This document shows positions 1-7,600 of a stretch of 8,458 bases of DNA, one piece after another. Under the pieces are notes generated by a model. That model made no database searches and was not told the DNA's origin. It saw nothing but the letters and a program-made list of their open reading frames with translations. Location: positions 1 to 8,458 of the forward strand of contig NW_003314633.1 in assembly GCF_000143415.4 (NCBI RefSeq). The letters are read 5' to 3'. The position numbers and the translations under genes are program-made. Every line of letters begins with the position of its first letter. The first letter of the stretch is position 1. This DNA comes from Selaginella moellendorffii (lineage: Eukaryota > Plantae > Lycopodiophyta).

Positions 1-25
1 TCTGCAAGGGGGTGTGTGTGTGTGT

Positions 26-57
<32 letters not shown>

Positions 58-377
58 CCTGTCCAGTACAGATGTGACGGCCGATCGTCCAGTGCTTCCT
101 GCCATCCCAGTTTCCCGATCACATTTCGCATGACTTCGTACTTACAATGCGACAGATCCACTCGGACCTCCTCGCTGCGCTTCATTCTTTTCTTCTTCAC
201 AATTCGATACGACTCGGTAACATCGTTGGAGATATAGTCTTTCGCTACAAGAGCAAGATAATCCTTTACAATCCCTTCCACATTCCTAACGCTATCCGAT
301 TTTGATAAGCCAATGGACTGCCTCCTCTGCTGCTGGATTTGCACTGTCGGACGAGGCAAACAGCCCGGTACCCCCAT
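1..377 (-). CDS. Tubulin polyglutamylase, TTLL6/TTLL13/TTLL7-like; 5' part only (exon 377-59, intron 58-2, next exon begins at base 1 and continues outside the window)
   Basis: Minus-strand ATG at 377 (context GCC ATG G, in-frame TAG shortly upstream) opens 106 stop-free codons ending KKKRMKRSEEVRVDLSHCKYEVMRNVIGKLGWQEALDDRPSHLYWT. This resembles the start of the TTLL6/13 catalytic domain (approximately INLSxCRYExVR...G..E....W.LYWTD). A GT donor at 58-57 and a TTGCAG acceptor ending at 2 join G+A, consistent with the Asp of LYWTD. An upstream exon cannot be excluded. Confidence 0.85.
12..56. repeat. Compound microsatellite (GT)8-T-(GA)14 inside the 57-bp TTLL intron
   Basis: Read directly: (GT)8 at 12-27, T at 28, (GA)14 at 29-56. 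Confidence 0.97.
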
Positions 378-805
378 GGCCGAGAATCTCCTAAGCTAAG
401 GGATCATCTAAGTCCAGGACGTTGTGTTGCTTTTCTTGGAAGCGCTCGCATAATCGCGCGAGTGATCCGCAACCTCGCCAAATTATTGTTTGCATCTCAG
501 TGAGAATTGAACCTCCACGACACATCGCACACGCTCTTTCCCATCTCCTCAGGGCTATCCTTTTCAGGTACCCAGACACTATCGCACGTTCAACATATGC
601 AACAAATATAATATCAACTGATTTTGTGGATATGCAATTGTATGGTTTTGATGATCTAAATTACTTCCACATCATGCTGGGAGCATCATGATCATAAGGA
701 CGGCACCAGTTTTATATGCATGCTAGGAGTTGATTACTAATAAAGAGGCTTACAGATGCAAAATAGTTTATAAACACAATTGTGGTTATTCACAAGTGTC
801 TCTGT

Positions 806-2595
806 TTAAGATGAGACATATATGCATTTTGTAACTCTGGTGCCAAACAGAGCTCCAGCACAGTTTTGAACAAGTGTGGCCAACGTGCTAGTTGCTCTTT
901 TGGGAGGATAGTAAGCTTCTGACCGGTACTGAGGCGCTATGGCAGGCCCAAACTGTAAGAACTGGTGGAATGTGGACCCATTAAGGAGCAGATCTCCTGT
1001 TGATTGGATTACTGGTGTCAAATCGAAATCAGCTCCTACGCCTTGAAACCATGGCGTGACTTCAGGTCTTCTGGCAGCGATGAAAACATTAGCCTCGCTC
1101 TTGACTTTAGCTCTGGCTCGAGCTCCTATTGCATAGTATCCCCAATTGGTGTACAAGTTGTTAATAACGTGGCAGTAGCCCCATCTAAAAACCATGCCCA
1201 CAAATTAATGTCAAGATTAGAAAAAATTGCTAAATGAAACCTGCAGTGAGGCATCCGTTGCATGGAATCCTTAAACCAGTTCCTGTAGACGGTGACCCTC
1301 ATTTTCTGATCTTGAATATCCGCATCGGAGGCTCCCAGAAGCATATTGAAGTTAGGATTAGTCAAAAAACAATTAGAGATGGTTACGTCGGTGGAACCTT
1401 GGACAACAGAAACCAGGCCCAGCTTTGCATTGAATGACGTGAGGTGATCCACCCAGACATTGCTGGTGCCAGCGAAAATGTGCACCGTATCCGTCTCACC
1501 AACTGTGTTGATTTGAAAATTGTGAAGAATGACGTTTTTGACTCCAGCAAGAACAATGGACCGACCATTGATAGTAATATTCACCCCTCTCCCGTCAATA
1601 GTTGTTGAGCTTCGTATCCATAGCATTTCAGTAAGGGTGATAATCATGGATTTTGCAAAGGTTATCCAGACTCCACCCTTGTCATCCCCTCCGAGACTCA
1701 CTCCATATCTTAAGGTTCCTTTGGAAGGGGTCACTGCATTGTCATCAGCATTGGTGACAATGTATGACTGACCTTGAGCCCCACCAGTGGTTCCTGAGGC
1801 GAATCCAACAACACAGGTAGGCAAAAGCTTACCTTTGCCACAGTTGCTGAATTGGCAGGTGGTACCGTCAACTGGTAAGCAAGATTTTCCAGGAGCAGCA
1901 GCACCACTACCTGAAAGATTACCCATGACCCATGAACAATTTTCCATGGATTTCACTCACCCGCCGTTTCAGGTTGGAAAACTACTTCGTCCGATTGTCG
2001 CCCAGTAAGGAACTGTAGCGGTTCTTCAGCCTCTTCAATATGAGTCAGTGCTTGCTTGGTTAAAAACAAAACTGCCTTCCCAGTATGATCCTATGGAGGA
2101 ATGAAATCTTTTAGACATAAAACACATGCTTCTATAATCCAATTGTGGAAATGAACACACTTGGGGTGCAGCTTCAAGAGCCGCATTGCAATCTTCAACG
2201 TTCTTTTTCGCATTTCCCAGATGTGTTCTCGAGCTCTCGTACTCATCTTCAAGAACATAAGTTTCAACTAGGGAGAGTGAAGAGATAGCGGCATTTATTT
2301 GCTTTTTGCACTTCCCAACGCTTGTAGGTGCCGATTCAGCACGCTGGAGATATAGTTCACCTTTCTCAATGCTGCCAATTACTTCTTGTTCTGACGTTTC
2401 ATTGATTGCTTGTTCATCCTTTTTCTGCTGTGAATGGCTGCCATCCAGCGGAGCTGATTCTTGTCCCAATGGCTGTGGAAAATCCAATTCAAGGGGCTCC
2501 TGAATCGAGCAGTGGAGTTGCTGAGAGATTATCAACACTAAAACAAAGCATAGAGCTTGCTTTCGCGTAGACATTTTTCCTATCGATTCTCTCAT
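806..2595 (-). CDS. Secreted pectate lyase family (PL1) protein with a long N-terminal extension including a PMEI-like helical segment; exons 2595-2161, 2090-1961, 1910-1241, 1184-806 (537 aa, or 530 aa from the ATG at 2574)
   Basis: Three GT-AG introns (70, 50, 56 bp) join the ORF pieces in frame (1614 nt). PL1 motifs: VGFASGTTGG, GTLRYGV, TTIDGRG, VWVDH, GSTDVTISN, MLLGASD, and QRMPHCR|WGYCHVINN (RxPxxR completed across intron 3), then WGYYAIG. Hydrophobic signal-like segment ALCFVLVLIIS follows MSTRKQ. Confidence 0.92.
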
Positions 2596-2744
2596 CGACT
2601 AGTGAGCTCAAAAAAAGACGCACAAAGCAACGCTTGGCGCCGGGACATTAGGGCTAACGTGGACTTCAGCAAAAAAATCGGCCGTTTCAGCCGGCGCGTG
2701 CAGCCTTAAAAATCACAAGGGCTTCGTAGCATTCTCCCGCGAGG
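2596..2744. promoter_or_regulatory. Putative bidirectional promoter/5' UTR region (149 bp between divergent start codons)
   Basis: Lyase ATG at 2595 (minus) and coiled-coil gene ATG at 2745 (plus) face away from each other. The spacer contains a CpG-rich patch (CGGCCGTTTCAGCCGGCGCG). Transcription start sites cannot be determined from sequence alone. Confidence 0.55.
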
Positions 2745-4267
2745 ATGGACAAAACGAGGCGCGATGAGCAGGATGCCTGGGAGCGCACTGAAGGAATTGA
2801 GCACAAACTCACCAAAATTGGTATTTTCTAGAGTCTCTGAAAAGGCAATAAAGAATTTCCCAATGTCTGCAGGAGTTGGTGGCAAGGCCTACTACGATGC
2901 TTCACAAATCAAAATTAAGAGGAACAAGGTACTTATAGCGGCTGCAAAGCTCGAGAACAAGCAGCTTCGTGCAACTCTTAATTCGTTGCTAGAACAAGAA
3001 AGATGTGCTTTGGGTCGCTCCGACTTGAGAAGACTCGGGGATCGTGTGGCAGCTCTTCGTAAGTGTTATGACGAGCAGAGACACAGGTCCATTGTTACGG
3101 AGGTTATGGTGAGCAATCTGCTGTGTGCACGATCGTGTTTTAAACTGTGACTGACAGCTGGAAAGTCAAACAACGAACACAAAATCTGCACAAGTGGACT
3201 GCGAACAGGCATTGGACAACAACACAGCTCCACTTGTCAAGCTACGAGCTCTGGAAGAAACACTTGAGCAAGCGGTACTAGGTCTTAAAGAAGCTCGTGA
3301 ACTAAAGAGCAGCTACGAAGCAACTTTAAAGCCCATATGCGATGAGAGAGCTATCTACAACAGCCAGGTCTGCCTGTCCAATCGCTAATTTAGTTAACTG
3401 TCAGTACGCTGTAGATGGACACCCTGGGTAGAACATCAAGGCGTAGAGAAGAGGAGTACGAGCAAATGACACTTATGTATTATGACGCCTTGCGCGCGAG
3501 AGAGGAATCAAGATCGGCACTGGAAGAAGTAGGTAAGGTTTTTATTTACATAAACGTGCCGTGATTCTTTTGCAGTGTGCATCTGGATTCCGTAGAATTT
3601 AAATTTATGTGGTGCATTTGCAGATGATGCGAGCGCAGTTTCCAATTGGGGTTAGATATCATAATTTGTTCAGTGAGGTATATTTGCTACCAGGTGCATT
3701 TATCCCGCTGACCCTTGCAGCATGGTACAGCCTGATCTTCCTAGGAACATCGCTACACTTGGTCAAATTCACGAGGTGTCCCCGCATATATTATCAGCTT
3801 TGAGCTTTCCAACAATGAAGGAATTATTTCACTATGTAGTCACCTTGCGGAGAAACAGCGATTACCTAGACCACCTTACAAGTGAGCTAAAAGAGCTTGT
3901 TAATCAACTGAAAAGTGGAACTCTGTCTGCTAAGGTGAGAAAATCATGTGCTTCTCATTAATCCTCAACTCTCCTATGTAGAGTTTACAAGAGAGAATTC
4001 AGAAAATGAAATGGAAAATCGCTGGGCAAATTGGACCCGAGCCTAGTGCAACTAGCCAGCGAAGAAAGAAAGGGGCTCTTGGTGATACCTTAAAGAAAAT
4101 GGTCGAAGGAACAAAGCGACTGATGAATAAAATTCACAAGTTTGGGACGCGACAGCGAGCTTCCTCTTTAATCTCCGTTATTCGAGGAACTAAAAGGCTC
4201 GTGGATAAGATTCACGAGGGGGAGATGTACAATGTATGTAAAGTCTTGGTTGTCACAGGTTGCTCAC

Positions 4268-4322
<55 letters not shown>

Positions 4323-4533
4323 ACTGAGGATGATAACGTGCGAAAGCTGTTGCTGCAATGTGAAGCAAAACTCATTTCGTGGCTTAAGGTAATGTGATTA
4401 CTCAAAATGACAGACCCTCAGATGAGATCACTTCTTGCTGCAGGGATTTCAAGAATGGCTTGTCGAAAAGAAAGTGCACAAAATGGGAGGCAGAAGTTTA
4501 GACAAGGGCGGATTGAACAGCATCAATGAATAG
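2745..4533 (+). CDS. CCDC151/ODAD3 (Chlamydomonas ODA10)-like axonemal coiled-coil protein; well-supported exons 2745-2820, 2873-3102, 3158-3367, 3415-~3530, 3821-3934, 3982-4233, 4323-4388, 4444-4533; splicing between ~3530 and 3820 unresolved
   Basis: Spliced translation reads IEHKLTKIGVGGKAYYDASQIKIKRNKVLIAAAKLENKQLR ... LRALEETLEQAVLGLKEARELKSSYEATLKPICDERAIYNSQMDTL ... EYEQMTLMYYDALRAREESRSAL ... GTKRLVDKIH ... DDNVRKLLLQCEAKL. These match, in order, recalled CCDC151 blocks (KAFFESSQWNIKKN; RNLENRLEKA..K..EA.....Y; EALNARD; LL..EEKL). GT-AG introns of 47-55 bp (one of 89 bp) keep the frame in the resolved parts. Confidence 0.75.
4270..4320 (+). repeat. C(TC)25 microsatellite forming the polypyrimidine tract of intron 4234-4322
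   Basis: Read directly. It abuts the AG acceptor at 4321-4322, after which the frame resumes TEDDNVRKLLLQCEAKL. Confidence 0.97.
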
Positions 4534-4637
4534 AAATAATGTTAACTTTAATTCCATTTCACTTTGTCACACACGTAAGCTTCAGAACGGTTCTGATTTA
4601 CCCTAAAAGCTTGTCACTCTTGCAACAAAATCTATTT

Positions 4638-7600
4638 ATGGCGGGGAATGAGTGGATTAATGGCTATTTGGAAGCAATATTGGACACAGGAACTGCTGGA
4701 ACAATTGACGATCAGCAGCAGCGTCTATTAGAAAGTAGTCCTGCTCGAAGAATTGTTGCTGTGAATGCTACTAAATATTTCATCCAGGAGGTTGTCTCGG
4801 GCTTCGATGAGAGCGACATTCATCAGACGTGGATGAAGGTACCAAAACTGAAGAATAACGGAAAAGAAGTAACTCTTCTCTTTATTACAGGCAACTGCTT
4901 GTAGGAACTCAAAAGAGAGGAGTGCACGGCTTGAGAATTTATGTTGGAGGATATGGCATATAAGCCGCAAGAGAAAACAGGTTTGGTGCAAATGTTTTAA
5001 CGAAGCATCAGAAGTTCTTCTCAGATTGAGTGGGCAAATACACAAAGAGTTGCAGGCCGTCACTTTGAGCATGAGCAAGGGCGAAAAGATGCTGCGGATG
5101 ATTTGTGCGAGGATTATCCAGAGGCAGACCTACATTCAGATATAGCTGGACTTAGGCTCTCAAGAAATAGCTCCGAGACAGATGTGCGGAAAAGTTTCAA
5201 CGAAGGACAGCACAAAGACAAGTGTCTGTATATTGTCTTGATCAGGTACGCCATGTGGATCTGAATTTTACTTACGTTGGTTTAGCTTACATGGACTTGT
5301 TCGTGGGGAGAACATGGAACTTGGGCGTGACTCGGATACAGGAGGTCAGGTACTGACTTCCAAGTTGAGTTCGTTTCTTTAAAAGACGCCAGCTATAGGT
5401 CAAGTATGTTGTGGAGTTTGCAAGAGCTTTAGCTATGATGCCCGAAGTTTACCGCGTGGATTTGTTAACTCGTCAAATTTTGGCACCAGATGTTGACCGT
5501 AGCTACGGTGAGCCCACAGAAACGTTAGCCCCAGGTTCTTATGACTGCTGTGGAGACGAAGTAGGAGAGAGTAGTGGTGCCTACATTGTGCGCATTCCCT
5601 GTGGTCCGAGGGATCAATATCTACGGAAGGAATTATTATGGCCATATATTCAAGAATTTGTAGATGGGTCGCTAACGCACATTGTGAACATGGCTAAAGC
5701 TTTAGGAGAACAGATAACTGGTGGGGACTCGGTATGGCCTTATGTGATTCATGGACATTATGCCGACGCAGGGGATATTGCTGCTCTGATTTCAGGCGCA
5801 TTAAACGTACCAATGGTCTTAACAGGTCATTCTCTGGGCCGCAACAAACTTGAACAACTTTTGAAGCAAGGACGGCAGTCTAAGACAGATATCAACACAA
5901 GCTACAAAATTATGCGGAGAATAGAAGCTGAAGAGTTTTCCTTAGACACTGCGGAACTCGTCATAACTAGTACAAGACAAGAAATTGAAGAACAGTGGGG
6001 ATTATACGACGGTTTTGATCTGAAGCTTGAAAAAGTTTTGAGGGCTAGAATAAAAAGAGGCGTCAGCTGTCATGGCCGACACATGCCTCGCATGGCAGTA
6101 AGTTGATTTTCTTTAAGCTACTTTTCCAAGAATGAAGTGCAGGTTATTGCACCNNNNNNNNNNNNNNNNNNNNNNNNNNNNNNNNNNNNNNNNNNNNNNN
6201 NNNNNNNNNNNNNNNNNNNNNNNNNNNNNNNNNNNNNNNNNNNNNNNNNNNNNAAGAAGCAGTTGATATACTAGAAGGTGAAATAGAAGGAGAAGGCATC
6301 CCTGTGGCGCCTCCATCTCCTAAACCTGAACCACCTATTTGGAGTGAGGTTTGTAAAGAAAATGGCTTTTCTGGTTCTTCACTCAGCTCAAACCAGGTTA
6401 TGAAGTTTTTTACCAACCCCCATAAGCCAATGATTCTGGCCCTTGCTCGACCTGATCCAAAAAAGAACCTAGCAACGCTTGTAAAAGCCTTTGGAGAAAG
6501 CAAGCCGCTACGGGAATTGGCAAATATGGTAGTGGTAACTTTAGACGGACAATGTCTTTTTACATGGTCAATTATGTACAGACATTAATAATGGGGAACA
6601 GAGATGACATCGATACAATGCCAGGCACAAGCTCCAATATACTCACGAGTGTCCTTAAACTTATAGACAAGTACGATCTTTATGGTCAAGTTGCATACCC
6701 AAAACATCACAAGCAAAATGAAGTTCCAGACATTTATCGGCTAGCTGCCAAAACTAAGGTATTACTCCTTTTAAAAAGAAAAGAATTAGTGAACCTTATG
6801 AAAGCAGGGCGTATTTATCAACCCCGCACTGGTGGAGCCCTTTGGTTTGACCCTTATCGAGGTTTGTTGTTAGTATTGCCTGTTTTCTGGTTTCATAAAC
6901 CGTGTGCACAGGCAGCTGCACATGGTTTACCTATGGTTGCTACAATGAATGGAGGTCCAGTAGATATTCAAAAGGTGAGTCAGTATTTTTCATTAAATTT
7001 ATTAATGAGTTTTGTCTTCTATTAAAGACTCTGAGTAATGGAGTTCTTGTGGATCCACACGACGAGCAAGCCATCGCAACTGCATTGATCAAACTTGTTG
7101 CCGATCGTTGGTTGTGGGGAGAATGCCGTCGTAACGGCCTAAAAAATATTCACATGTATTCATGGCCTGAACATTGCAAAACATATCTATCAAAGATATC
7201 TCTTTGCAAAAGGAAACAGCCGCTATGGCAAAACAATTTTTCTAATCATAGTACTGAGGACAATTCCCAGGAAGATTCTTTAAAAGATGTGGAAGACATA
7301 TCTTTACAGCTATCTGACGATGGAGAAGTACCCGAGAACGTTGAGAAGGGCAAGCAAATATATGACAAACAACTAAGTTTAGTGGCTACGGAACAGAAAC
7401 TTATTGGGCTGGAGAAGTTGCAAAATTGTAAGTTCCCATTCTTAAGGAGAAGAAAAAAAGTATGTGTTCTAGCAATAGACAGCTACGACAGCAATAAAGC
7501 TTCCAAGAACATGCTGGCTGCAGTTCGTGAGATATTCACAGCTTGTAAGATGGGGTTAACGGGCTTTATTCTTTCTACAGCCATGACAGCTTCAGAGACC

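Noticed and set aside
391-691. Short ORFs 391-579 (minus) and 422-691 (plus) as independent genes
   Set aside because: No recognisable domain or convincing splice structure; the region is probably the TTLL promoter/5' UTR and the lyase 3' flank.
1004-2503. Plus-strand and alternate-frame ORFs overlapping the lyase
   Set aside because: Shadow ORFs of a well-supported coding gene, with no independent motifs.
2648-2656. Telo-box-like TTAGGGCTA in the divergent spacer
   Set aside because: Imperfect match to TTAGGGTTT and no accompanying site II element noticed.
2764-2872. ORF-track start MSRMPGSALK for the coiled-coil gene
   Set aside because: It reads through an apparent intron (2821-2872). 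The ATG at 2745 in another frame gives a better spliced exon 1 (IEHKLTKI).
4006-4392. ORF with an SLSLSL run as a real Ser/Leu repeat protein
   Set aside because: The run is the intronic (TC)25 tract; splicing 4234-4322 restores a better homology-like frame.
4728-6503. Minus-strand ORFs overlapping SPS, including those spanning the N run
   Set aside because: Antisense shadows or artefacts of the gap.
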